From Marsupella aquatica (Eukaryota > Plantae > Marchantiophyta): a stretch of DNA of 64,000 nt. The translations under genes were made by a program, and so were the position numbers. This document shows positions 49,393 to 61,693 of the stretch, piece by piece; position 1 is the first letter of the stretch, and every line of letters starts with the position of its first letter. The notes beneath the pieces were generated by a model, which had not been told where the DNA came from, searched no databases, and saw only the letters and a list, made by a program, of their open reading frames with translations. The stretch is from the NCBI GenBank assembly GCA_973895155.1, contig OZ316892.1, forward strand, positions 28,710,832 through 28,774,831, given 5' to 3'.

Positions 49393-49573
49393 TTGTATCG
49401 GCGATGAGTCCTGTGCAATGTTTACTTAATTGTCACGAGGAAATAGGAGTCGGAGAGGGACAGAGAGAGAGTGGACGGATTGGATTCTGTGTGATGAGTA
49501 CATAATTGTCACGAGGAAATAGGAGACACAGAGAGAGACACAGAGAGAGAGTAGGCGGATTGGACGAAAAGCA

Positions 49574-52500
49574 ATGCCGGATTACAACCCGAATCCGACG
49601 GGGGAGGGCCCGATGAGGAGGCCAGTGCGAGCTGCTCCGCGACGGCGCTACGGACCCGGAGGACTGCCCACCGAAGGCGTAGATCCCGCCCCGACAGTCC
49701 ATCCGGCAGCACCATGGATCGCCCTCCTCCTGATCGCTGCCTTTCTCGCGTTGCAGCTCTATCCGGCGACGCATTTCAGGCACCCTAAGGACCCCAGTCG
49801 GAGCTGGGTGGAGTTCAAGAGGACTGACACGGGGGAAATGGATCATCAGGCCACTTGGAGGGAGGCCCATCGGATATGGTTTGGCCGCGACCCTGGGGAT
49901 CGAGTGAATGTGCAGAAGGCTGTATCCGAGCAGGACGCCATAACCGAGGAGGTCATGGATTCATTTTTTATCAAGGACGTGCATGTCTTCCTCTCTACGG
50001 ACGAGCAGGACCTCCGGCCCTTGGCCGTTGTGATCAATTCGACCATCAGTAACGCCGCGTAAGTGTGGCTTTCAATTTTATCTCCCAAGGGGCTGGTTAT
50101 CATGCTTCTGTTGATTGACTTGAGCTTAAAGACATTGTTCACATGGTCATACCGTAATTTTCCAATTGAAAGAAAGTGAACCATGGGGTACTCCCGCAAG
50201 TCGGTCAACACTTTACACAAATAGTTACCAGAGACATTCGGTCTTTTGAAATACTAAACAGTTTTCGTCCTCTCTATGAATGAGTTAGTCTGTGAGTCAC
50301 CCAGTCACTCACCCAGTAATTTGTGTCCCTTTTCTTCCTTCCAGTGAATCTAATTTTTGTTCCTTTGAGAGCCATTTCGTGAATTTGATGGGGATTCTTG
50401 AAATCAGCGTTGTATTTTCCTGCCTGATTGATTTCGTTTGGATTTGTGGGCCTACTGCTGAGTTTGAGCACCCCATTGGATTGTCGGATTCTCCTGAAGT
50501 GGAGCCACACTCTCTCTGCTGCTGAATGGAGCTCACAATATGACTCTGTGTTTCTTGTTAGGACGGTTCCACCTTCATTGGACTTTCTGGTTCTCGTTTC
50601 GCCGTTTTACCTCCATTGCGCAACCCCTGCTGCGAAGTTTGTGATCAGGATTTGAATTTGAGTATGATGTTGTACGCTGAATTACATTTGAGATGCGTTC
50701 GAATGTGTGCTATAGTGCCTTTGGGGAGCTTATAAAGTCTTCGTTTTTGGTAGAATGCAGTCATCCGGACCGTATCAAATTTCATTTGGTTATTCCCGAA
50801 AGTGACAGCAAGATAGAGTTCTACAAGCTTATGTCGTTTTTCCCGGGAGTCTCTATCGAAATTATCAGGTACTTACTTTTCATAGCCTGACAGGCACTCG
50901 CCTCTCACAACAAGTAGTGCATTTGCCTCCCGACAAGTACTGTTGCATACACAAGATGTCTTTCACCGTTTGCTTGGCACAGGACTCCAACCTCAAAAGG
51001 AGCCTCGCCGAATGTACGTAGGATATTGGTTTAGTCGTTGGACAGCAGAAGAAGTTGTGAAGGCTCTTCGACATTATTTGATGGGCAGCCATCGGAAGGT
51101 GCAGGCGTTTAGCCGGCACGATGGTGGGAGATGGAACTGACCCCTATTTTCAACCTTTTTTAACTCTCCAGTCAAGGCATCGGCTTAGCGAAGATTAGGG
51201 AGCTCATCGGGTATCAAAAGGACAGCAAAGCTCGGAAGGAGCTCACAACCCCTTATAATTTTGTCCTATATTATCTTCCACAGCTGCTGAAAGACAGGGA
51301 CATTGACAAGTTCATCTATCTCGATACCGATGTTGTCGTCGAGGTATGCCACACAATTAAAGGACTATGGAACTGTCTTCTGGGTGCTTTGGATAATTGC
51401 TGCTGCTCAGAATTTGCATACGTCTGAATGCGTTAGCTGCCAGTTGGTGTAGCTGTGTGTTCGACATCTTGAAATTTCGAATAAATCTAGATGTAGACCT
51501 CCCTGAGCTCTCTATGATCTTGACTGATACTCCAGAGGTCTTCTGTTAAGCTGTTTTCCGTCTGGGCGCCGCTGCATGAATGTATGATTATTGCTCTTAC
51601 GACTCCTTTCGAAGAATAAATGAATGGATGGTCTGTTTGTAACGTAGACAGGATCCAATCACAGAAGACACTCGTAACTTGAAAATTCTTAGCAAATAAA
51701 GGTTAATTGTACGTAGTGCTTAATAGAGCACCACAATTTTGTATTTATTTGGGTTATTCTCTGGGTATGTTTGCCCTCCGTTCGCAATTTCATGCTCATT
51801 AACGTAGTCCCTTTGTTGTGCAGGGTGACATAGAGGAACTCTACCGCAGAAGCCTCGGAGGCTATCCGGTTGCGGCTGTGAAAGACTGTTCGCAGCGTTT
51901 TGAGATCTATTTTGATTTCAAGCAATTGAAGGAGATACACACAAGAGAAAATGGTTCAAAATCTTGGCTACCCACCAAGCTATTCGATGAACAAGAGTGT
52001 GTCTATAACAGAGGTGCTTTGTTGATAGATGTCAAGCAGTGGATCCGACAGAATGTAACTCAGACAATCGAATGGTGGATGAAAGAATTCAACAATACCG
52101 ACAAAGCTCTATACAAGTAAGTCCCAACTCCGAAGACGGGAAATCTGGCTGATACAGATTTTGTCAATCTAAATTTCCTTCAGCCACTTAGTAAATAAAC
52201 CACCTGGAGTACGGCACGGTGTCGAATCTGGAGCAGTATACAATTTGTTTAACATTATGGACAGTGCCATGCAAGAAACGCCGTAGAACCGTCCTTTTCA
52301 AAAGTTTTGTTTCAGTGATTATAGCCTTAGCACAACGAGTTTGGTTGGAGTTTGGATTTGTGAATGTCTAGATATCTAGATGGACCGTTGTGTAGTCTGG
52401 ACACCGATCAGATAGCGCTAAGTGTGGACTTCCTTGTTTCCTGATTTGCAGACATGGACTATCTCAGCCGCCCTTTCTGCTGTCATTATATAAGAATTAC

Positions 52501-52797
52501 AAGGAACTGGGACCCGAATGGAATGTTCGAGGGCTTGGACGGAATAAATTCAGTGAAAAAGAGATGGATTTCTTTGCTGAATCGTTTGGTCGGAGACCCC
52601 AGCTGACACCGTTTGTATCGATCGATAGTGACCATGCAAAGATTCTTCATTTCAGTGGGAAGTACAAGCCCTGGAAGATCGGTAGAGTTCGGCTCCCAGA
52701 TCAAGATGTGGTTTCGTTATGTGGAGAAGAAAGCAAGGAGTGTTACAAGCTTTGGTGGGAGTATCTCGATGGAAAAGCTGAAGCTGCATTTAAATGA
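49574..52797 (+). CDS. Glycosyltransferase family 8 (GAUT/GATL-related); exons 49574-50058, 50761-50868, 51172-51343, 51824-52116, 52452-52797 (467 aa)
   Basis: N-terminal TM, LAVVINSTISN, FIYLDTDVVVEGDIEEL (DxD), SQPPFLL, WNVRGLG, AKILHFSGKYKPW. GT-AG joins give 1404 nt in frame. Confidence 0.92.
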
Positions 52798-53172
52798 TTT
52801 TTTGTGCAAACATGAGATGCCTTATCCATGAAGCGGGGGCTTGGTGAAAGTCTGACACTGCCCAACACATTTAAGTATGCTTTTGGGGAACCAAGTAGGA
52901 AAAAAAGTAATTATAGTACCCGAAGGGAACTATGGAGGCATAAGGAGTGCAGTGACCTTAGTTTCAATGACACAAGCTTAGTAGTCTCCTCCGGTCACAA
53001 TTGTAGCAGGGAGCTGAATGCATAAAGTAAAAATAGTTTTCCATAGCGGAGCTTGTACAAATTTTGGCCTGAGAGCAATTGTTCAGAAATCCACGATGGT
53101 TTCATTCGAATTGTTCTTCAGAGGCAAAAGTCCAGCACAGATATCACTGATAAAGGCTGGTTTGAGAACTCA

Positions 53173-54759
53173 TTACTCAGATGAGAAAATGAGCCTACCT
53201 TTCTTTACGATTTCCATTTCTGTATACTTCTCCCAACCTATGAATGCATCCAACAAACCTGCTTCACTGACTTCAGAAATTTCAGGTTTGACGTCTTTAG
53301 GAGACAAGAAGAAAATCTCCAACACTTTTATCTTCATATGCTCACTCACTTGAGTCACTAGCTTGTGAAACTGCTCTATTTTGAACGAGTGTTTTGAAGC
53401 TGTCCGCAATTGGACGAATTGCAGCTTCCGTTCTGACTTGTTGATGAACACTGCATCGTAACCAGCTTCGTTCCACTTCTGAGGTTTCCACCATAGGGCA
53501 TCATCCGGAACACCTTGGATGTTGGAGGTGTCAACCAAATAGACTTCCGAGCTAGGCCATGTTTCTGGAACACTGTCTTTGACATGAACTGTGACACCTT
53601 CATGATGGATTTTGGCAAAAAAACGCATTTCAAATAACCAACCATCCATGGCAGGATTCCAGTGTTGTCTCAGACATTGTGAAAGGCGATCTACTAACTG
53701 TGGCCCCCATTTCAGTGCCACTTGGGTTGCAGCAAAACGGCTGACAATGGAATACCTTTTTCTGTCGGACCGGGAATTCTTGTAAGAACTAAACAGGCAG
53801 GCCGCAACGTCGCTTGAGCCCACGCCTCTGGTGTCGTCTATGTATGGCAGGACATCAGTAACACACTCGAGCACTGTGCAAATTGAGTTGGTCACCATCT
53901 GCGTGGAGAATTGGAACATATAGCGACATGAACCTCCTCCAAAATAAAATTTTGATTCCACCAATTCTTCACGAGAGATGCCCTCACCTGCTTCCGTTGC
54001 GTCCAAACTGAGTTTGACATTGTTGTAGAACTCATCGTCCTTCACTGCTTCTATATACTGTTCCTTCGTCCAGGACTCAAGGAAAAACGCTTGACAATTT
54101 AATCTTGCATTCACCACTTCGTTACTCTTACCACGCTTTGACATTGAGCATATGAAAACTAAACGGCGCTTTCCATAGTTTCCTTGAAGCCAGAATTTAC
54201 ATATATCTTCAACGTGGGTGTGCTGATTGTGGTCAGCTGTAAAACCATCAACAAAAACCACGTGCTGCTGGTCATCGTATACGGCATCTAGAAAGGTCAC
54301 TACACTCTCTGGGTCACGGCTGACAAGAGTCCGCTTGGCAGAGCCCTCAACCTGGACACACTCCAGCAGTCTCCCCTCGAGATGTATCCACGAAAATGCC
54401 CAGATGAGCCGGGGGAGGGTCCACGCAAACGCCAGAACTGTATTAGACTTCCCTATCCCTGGCGATCCCAGAATCCATCCTACTGTGTAGGGATTTTGCT
54501 TACCCCCTGCGGATACTAATCTCGGAGTGTAGAGCGCATTCTCAAGGAAACTGAAAAGCTGGTGAAATTGTTCGCGGCAAAACAGGGACTCACTTGCAAT
54601 ATCGAGACCAGAATCTTTGAGGTGTAACTTGGACAACTCAAAAAATTTGTTCTCTGGGTTGTAAGCTAGTTGGCCTGGTGCATGTAGTTCACATATCACC
54701 GGATCAATCCGTGTTCGTTTTTTTGGCATCTCCATCGTGCCCACCGGCAGCGTACCCAC
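53173..54759 (-). CDS. Crinkler (CRN)-like protein: P-loop NTPase plus restriction-endonuclease-like domain, no N-terminal header
   Basis: Walker A GSPGIGKS, Walker B VVFVDG, GGSCRYMF, then GWLFE...WWKPQKWNEAGYDAV...FVQL...H. Intronless, first ATG at 54735. Confidence 0.75.
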   Translation of the reverse strand: MGTLPVGTMEMPKKRTRIDPVICELHAPGQLAYNPENKFFELSKLHLKDSGLDIASESLFCREQFHQLFSFLENALYTPRLVSAGGKQNPYTVGWILGSPGIGKSNTVLAFAWTLPRLIWAFSWIHLEGRLLECVQVEGSAKRTLVSRDPESVVTFLDAVYDDQQHVVFVDGFTADHNQHTHVEDICKFWLQGNYGKRRLVFICSMSKRGKSNEVVNARLNCQAFFLESWTKEQYIEAVKDDEFYNNVKLSLDATEAGEGISREELVESKFYFGGGSCRYMFQFSTQMVTNSICTVLECVTDVLPYIDDTRGVGSSDVAACLFSSYKNSRSDRKRYSIVSRFAATQVALKWGPQLVDRLSQCLRQHWNPAMDGWLFEMRFFAKIHHEGVTVHVKDSVPETWPSSEVYLVDTSNIQGVPDDALWWKPQKWNEAGYDAVFINKSERKLQFVQLRTASKHSFKIEQFHKLVTQVSEHMKIKVLEIFFLSPKDVKPEISEVSEAGLLDAFIGWEKYTEMEIVKKGRLIFSSE

Positions 54760-54859
54760 TCGCCCAACAACGCCAAAGTATGTAACTAGCTTACGTCATG
54801 GTGACCACGGAGGCCGCCCTGCCAGAGGGCAGGTGAGTGGAAGCAGCCGGGTTGTGCTT

Positions 54860-57800
54860 GCAGGTCGAAGCTGCAAATTAGAAAGTAATCCTTTCTTTTG
54901 AAGAATAACCAAACCTTTTTCACTCATGTGACCCAAACGGAAGTGCCACAGCCGGGCCGTCTCCTCATGAGATAAGGTTACATTGGCTTCATCATAAATT
55001 ACACTGCCCTCCAAAATTTATAGATTGCTATGTCTCTTTCCCTTCAATACAACTTTAGTACCAGTTGATACCTGAAGGACACCATTAGCAGAACTCAATT
55101 GATGGCCATTTGCTTCTAAAACTCCAAGTGAAATGAGATTTTTCATCATGTTGGGAATATGTAGACCTCACATTTCTCAACGTTCTCACAGCACCATCAA
55201 ACATCTGAAATCTTACAGATCCAAGTCCAACAACTTGACATGGGATTCCATTTCCCATCAACACTGACCCATTGGAAACCGTGTAAGAACTAAAAAAATC
55301 TCTCATAGAGCAAATATGAAAAGTACATGCACTATCTAGAATCCAGTCATCACTACCTGGATTTGACACTACGTTGAGAGCATAACCTTGACATCATAAT
55401 ATGTCATCATTATCGAGTAAATCTACCTCATGCGAGCTCGATGCCGCGTTAGCAAATGCAGTAGGGACCTTTACTCGACAATCCCTTTTCATGTGGCCAG
55501 GCTTGCCACAATTCCAACATGCAAGAGGTTCCTCTCTTGCAATTTTCCTCTGGATTTAGATCTCCCCCGTGATGTAGATAAACCTGTTTTGTCCATTCGT
55601 GCGCTGCGCTGCTCTTCCCCTGTTCACATTGAGCGCAGTGCCAGAAGAAGATGCTCTCTGTGATTGACCCAGCTTCTTCTAAGCATCATCAGACAATAAA
55701 GAGCTCACCACCTCATTATACAAAATGGACTTCAGATCTCTATACAAGAGCACCTATTTCAAGCCCTGATATGACGGCGGTAAGGAGCTTAGCAAAAGCA
55801 AGGCCTTATCCTCATCTTCAACTCCTTTTCCCACGTCTGACAGATCCACCGCTAGACTGTCAAACTCATCCAGGTGATCATGCATGTTGCTCCCTTCCTT
55901 GAGCCTGAGGCTCATCAAGAGAGACTTCTTGTACAACCGGTCTCATGCATCTTCCCGGTAGTACGTACGTCTCTCTTAGAGCCTTGAATAGTGACGCACA
56001 ATCCGCATAATCATCCAGCTGCTTGATGATGTGCGGCTTGAGATATAGCATCACTGCGTTGACAACAATCACCTGCGTTCACACAAATCTCCTCCTCTCC
56101 ATCATACTACTCTCGCAAAGAAAGCAGATGAGCTAAGCCCATGGCCCGTAGAACACTCTTCACTTGCTTCTCCCACAACAAGTAATCAGTACGACCATCG
56201 TACTTCTCCACCTCAAACTTCACTCCTCCAAATCTAGTCATCTCCCTCTTCTTCCCAACTATCGACAACTCTGGTAGTAAGACACCTTCCTCCACTGCAC
56301 GCCGCACCGGTGATGGTACCGGTGTAACTAGTTCTTCCTCAAACGGTAGCAGCTCCTCCTCAGACTCTCCGTCTGACCGTCGTGATCCTGAAGCTCCACC
56401 AACGCCAATTCTTCCAGTATCCTCCGAGTCACTCATATGAAACAATCACGAAAAAACTTCTTTTTTCAAAACTTCTCACAAAACTCAAAACTCAACACCG
56501 CCGCGTAGCCCATGAAGCTAGGAGTCCAATACTGAAAGCCGAAGTCAAAATCAAAATTCGACGGAAAAGTTATTCAAATTTTGGTCAGGGTGGGTAAAAC
56601 CTTGGGAAACTCCCCTATTTTTCCCACCTCAGAGAATAACTGAAATACCCTATACAACCCATCGTCAGAACCGTGATGTGATCGGTGCGCCACGTTGCTA
56701 ACTCTAGTGGCAACGTCCTCACCGAAAAAGAACCAAAAAAGTTATCGTTCGGCGGAGAGAATCTTTGTCTGACGGCCAAAAAATAGCTCTCTGTTTTTTG
56801 GGAATATTCCCGCACAGTCCGACAGGTCTCACAGGGGACCGTTCCCCCTGTCGTGGCGGTTAAAACGGAGGGCGGCAGGTCCCGGCTCCAAGTAAAACAA
56901 GAAAGAAGGAAAAAGGTTAAAACCGGGCCCTAAATGGGTCCTTAGTGTCCCTTAAATCCTAAAAATACAAGGTATAAAAAAAGGCGCATCTGCGTCATAT
57001 AGGCGATGCGAGGCGGGCCAGGCACCGTCGAGGGTTGAGGAGGGGAAAATACAGGGAGAAATACGCCGGCAGGGCGCGAGCCGGTAGGGAGGGCGCGGGG
57101 GTTCGCGAGGGCAGGTTATCGGCTGCCAGCGGCAGTAGGCAGCACGATGGCGGAGGCGTATACGGGCTCGCTTAGGGTCCGGGGCGCGGGGCCCTGCGGG
57201 CTTGCAAAGGAAGTGTGCGTCGAAGGGCCGGCCGTCGCAAGGGCGTACATGGTGGTCGCGGGGGGGCGCGGGGAGGTAGTGTCGGGCAGCTGCCGGGCAG
57301 CAGCAATCGCGCCGGCCGGCGCTGCGCAGGGGCCTTGTAATACGGGGTGCAAGGAGGGGGGAAAACAAATACACAGGGGGAGGAGTCGGGCCCGAGGTAC
57401 GAGGTGTGTGTATACACCTCGTATACACACACAGGGACCAAACCCCCTTTAAACGCCAAAAATGACCCCCCCATGCAAGCAAAAATCAGTCACACACCTT
57501 AATTGCCGCTGATTTAAACGAGAAAAGTGAATGCCACCGACGGGAAATGTTGCCGAATTGCACTGGCACAGTCTGCAACTCCAGCAGAGTAAATTATTTC
57601 CGCCGCGTCGCCTTCACTCCGCGTCAAGTGCCAATCCCGGGCTCAAAACGACCGCCTCGTCGTGATCAAACCGTTGAGCCATGGCACTTCGCGTCTCTTC
57701 CAACCAGTCGGACGTCACGAAGGGAACCCGATTCAGATGAGAACAAGCTCTAGAGCTTGTGAAAAAACCTGAACGCCTCCTTCACTCGTCACGACGCACT

Positions 57801-58516
57801 CGGTAACAACTCGGCAACAATCCAACTACCAAAACGACCAGCTCGCGTCAACCTTCAACATGAGCTATAATGTGCGATCCCTCCCGCACCGCACAGCTCA
57901 CACTGTTAAAAACGCGAACTCTGGTCTCTCCCCCGAAATACCGTCGAACACGAATAAACCCTGAACGACGCAAACTTCGATTCCTCCGCACCACGGATAC
58001 CGATCAGCGAGTTCTAACCATTGTTAGAAAGCCCTCTCACTAACCTAGCCGCATAGCCACACACATTCAAGTTTCATGCGACGAAACTTCGAATGTGCCA
58101 CCGACAATGAATGCTGGAAAAAACCTATCACGAAAAAACCTCGTCACCTCCCAGGCATGCTCTGATACCACTTGTTGAGCATATCCGACATTCGTAACGG
58201 TAAGCCCATGAACCATCCAACGCACAAGAGTCGACACACAGAGATACGTGGTTCACCTCCACATGAGGCTACGTCCACGGGAACACAAAGGAGCTTTACT
58301 ACACTCTAGGTCGACCGGCCATACCAAGCATCCATAGCACAAGCTCTCCCTATCTCTCAACTAGCTCCGTAACAATGAGCCTAAGTTCCACCAGGGTCTG
58401 GCATCAGCCCCGGCTATATGCACAACAGCACTACTGCTAACATTAGCTAAGTCCTAACCCAAGTTAGACTAATTGTGGTTAGGTCATGAGTCACAAGACT
58501 AGAGCAATATCTAACA
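54860..58516 (-). mobile_element. Truncated, frameshifted Ty1/copia LTR retrotransposon (5' LTR 58173-58516, PBS 58159-58170, gag-protease-pre-integrase remnants)
   Basis: LTR tgttg...taaca and PBS tggtatcagagc (tRNA-iMet). gag KFEVEKYDGRTDYLLW and DEDKALLLLSSLP, protease WILDSACTFH, and LWHFRLGHMSEKGL. The element ends before the integrase core. Confidence 0.9.
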
Positions 58517-59593
58517 TACTTAGGGTTTATGTCACTTACGTGACCCATGCACTACTGACATGCACAGTTACCTTTTGATGGTAGTACTACACATGATCAA
58601 CTGACCACTTTGTTATCCAGATGCATAGTGTGTCTGATTAATTGTGTGGTAAGCCATCACACAAGAATGTTGTTGTATGGAGTGGAGGTCCACTAGGAGA
58701 GAATCTGAAATTTTGAGGCCATTGGGAGAGAATCTGAAATACATTTTGATCCATTGAGAGAGAATCTCCATCAAAAGAAAAAGTTTTGTCTGCAGGTTCA
58801 CTTAGTATATATAGCAAACTTTGGCCAAAGATCCTATTCCTCTCATTTTGCGGTGAACTTTGGCCAAAGACCATGTGATCCAACAAACTTTCACATCCTC
58901 TGGCCTCCTGTGATTTTGGAGTGAAGTTTGGCCAAAGAACATATTATATGATTTACTCTGGAATCAAGTGCCCTCCTCCCATTTTGTAAAGTGAACTTTG
59001 TCACAAAACCGTAAACTTGCGGTGGAGATTGTCAGAAATTTGGGCAAATGTCATATTTCTGGGGTGGAGATTTAGAGATTCAAGGAGAGAATGCAAACTC
59101 TCTACAGAAACTCGTTTCGTTTTGTAAAGTGGCCCAAAGCTGGTGTCCGTCGAAAGTAAAGACAGTTTCAGTCTGGAATCTCGAGCATGTAAGATGGAGT
59201 CCAAATTACAGCACCAAGTGGGAGCCACTCCAAAGTTTCGTTGTGAACGACCATCTAGCAGGAAACCGTGGCTACCATAGAAGCGGCTGCAGATCATGAC
59301 TGTCTCGTTCTCAACGCCGCTGCACTATATAAAGAAGCTCAGACATCGGCAACCTCAACGTACAATTCGATTCATTTTACTACCTGCAACTGTTCTCCAT
59401 CTTCTGCTTAATACGTGTTTCCAGTCTCAGAAGCCACATTATGTAGCGAAGACTTAGCAATTGCTTAGAAAAGTTTGAAAGGGATGAGCTAATTCAAAAG
59501 CCGCTCAGTGTAGACTGAGAGCTTGAGCTGTTTGAATTGGAGTAGACGAAGGTCTCAATCTCAATCAAGCTAGCTCGATCAGAGTGCCATCCG

Positions 59594-60081
59594 ATGGCAG
59601 CGGCGGTGGCATTAGCGCAACATGGAACCGATCGGGACACAGCTCAGAATGGGAAACTCGGATCCAAAGTTGAGAAGAGCCTGAAATTGAAGGAGACTCC
59701 AGTAGAGGCCTACGAGGACATGGCTAAGGTCCCGGACGAGTTTGTGGTCACCGACGACAAGAAAATTCCAAACAGGAATTGGGGTGATGATGACGAGTCG
59801 AAGCCTAAGTTCGGCTACCCAACTATTAACCTGGCACCTCTGTTGAGGTTCTTCGCCAATCAGCAACAACCCGGGGACGCAGAAGCCTCCGAGAAAATTA
59901 TCGAAGATATGGGAAAGGCTTGCGAGGAATGGGGGTTTTTCCAGGTTGGCTGGAGACATCTTCTGAACACTTGCATCCATCGCACGATCGTTGGTTACAA
60001 TTGCTGTGGACAGAGCTGATTTTAGGAAAAATATGTTGAGTCTGGGAACACACCATTTCATCCCACGTCATTTTTCTTGCC

Positions 60082-60124
<43 letters not shown>

Positions 60125-61442
60125 ATGAATGGAATATTGAATCATCAGAGTGTAATTGGATGACGAGTTCAGGCGGTGGACCATGGAATCACCCAGGAAC
60201 TCATTGACAACGTGATCAAGGTTTCAAACGAGTTTTTCCAGCTGCCGCTGGAAGAGAAAGAGAAGTATGCATTGAGGCCCGGTGAAACTGATGGCTATGG
60301 CAGACTAGACTTCAGCTTGGCCGGTAAGGGTCCTGCTCGGACTCGTCTCTGGAGTGATGTACTACGCCATGATATCAGACCTATCCCAACAGCCACTCGT
60401 GATCGAATACCTAAGAAGCCCGAAGCCTACAGGTACATGCACACGGCATTTCTTCGCTCCTTCGCACGTTAGTCCTTTATACACAGATCTAGATTAAAGA
60501 TGTGACATCGCGAATCACTCCCGGAATCACTCGGCTTGAGCTGAGGCCCTTCATCGTATATGTGGACACGGTTAGAAAGGCAATACAGGCCGCCGTCAGA
60601 TCGATCTTACTTGACTAGAGAAGCTTCAATTTGAGCTGTCCTCGAATTCTAACGGATGGAACAACGTGACTGTACAGGGGTTTGATAAAACTACACTCAA
60701 GGAATGGAGAAAATTCTGCAGGTTGTGTGGAAGGCACTTTCGGTGTATCTGGGTCTTGATCCGGACACCCTCTTCGACGCTCAAGGGGCTGAAGACGAGT
60801 CTCATTTGATTATCCGAGTCAACTACTATCCAAAGTGCGGCGAACCCGAGAAAGTTCTAGGCGTGGGTGGGCACAAGGATTTTGGCTCCCTGACGCTGCT
60901 GCTGCAAGACGACGTGGGAGGTCTGCAGGTACAAAAACGTGGCACGACAGGGTGGCTCGATGTGCCACCGCGAGCAGGAGCAAACAAAGGATCAATACTG
61001 GTCAATGTTGCCAATCAAGTGGAGGTATATGAAGCTTTAGCACACGCGACTGCAGTTTCGATGATTTGAGTGGTCGTCCAGATACATGAATTAATTCATG
61101 TTAGAAAGCAATTGGATAATCCCCTCAAATTCTTTCATTAGCCTATTTCAATGTGAGTGGTATTAATCTTGTTCCTTCTATCACAATGCAGATTATGAGT
61201 AATGGGAGATTACACAGTGTTCTGCACAGGGCGCTGGTAAATCGGAACAGCTCCCGTCTTTCCATTGCTGCTTTTGCCACTCCTGGACGTGCATTATCAA
61301 GCCACTAGACGCGGTGCTTGAGAGATATGGCGAAAAACCAAAATACACCTCTCTGGTGTATGGAACTTACGCACCTAACTTCGCCAAGGACGTCGGTGCA
61401 GGAGTTTCACCCCATGCCCGCTACGAAATCAACCGTGAATAG
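59594..61442 (+). pseudogene. 2-oxoglutarate/Fe(II) dioxygenase (DOXC class); exons ~59594-59944, 60173-60432, 60678-61024, 61192-61442; two apparent frameshifts
   Basis: PTINL, ACEEWGFFQAVDHGI, RVNYYPKC, HKD, GGLQV, SNGRLHSVLHRA, RLSIA. Exon 3 joins one base out of frame and exon 4 shifts frame near 61290. Confidence 0.8.
60084..60120. repeat. (CT)n microsatellite in intron
   Basis: Direct reading. Confidence 0.95.
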
Positions 61443-61693
61443 TTGCGAGTGCTATCGGTTTTAGGCCCAATTTTATGATGTCAAATTCTCAAATTTGACA
61501 ACTGTAGTCCGCAAAATCAACATACAGTAACTTCCAATGTCTGTTTAAGGCTGGAATTTTGTTGTAGATACCCGGAAATGGATATAATTATAGATACCAA
61601 GACTGGTCTCAGGGCAGGAATTGTCCATCCTTCCAAAATACTACTAGTTGAGGTATTGGTCTGTCCCGGATCAAATTGTTTTGGTAGTTCATC

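Noticed and set aside
56952-57482. GC-rich ORFs inside the copia element
   Set aside because: They lie in the element's long 5' untranslated region and are open in many frames because of GC content.
61517-61693. C-terminal ~58 aa of the 475-aa menD ORF as a real fusion
   Set aside because: Read-through into non-homologous flank after the junction; the MenD ThDP-binding C-terminal domain is missing.
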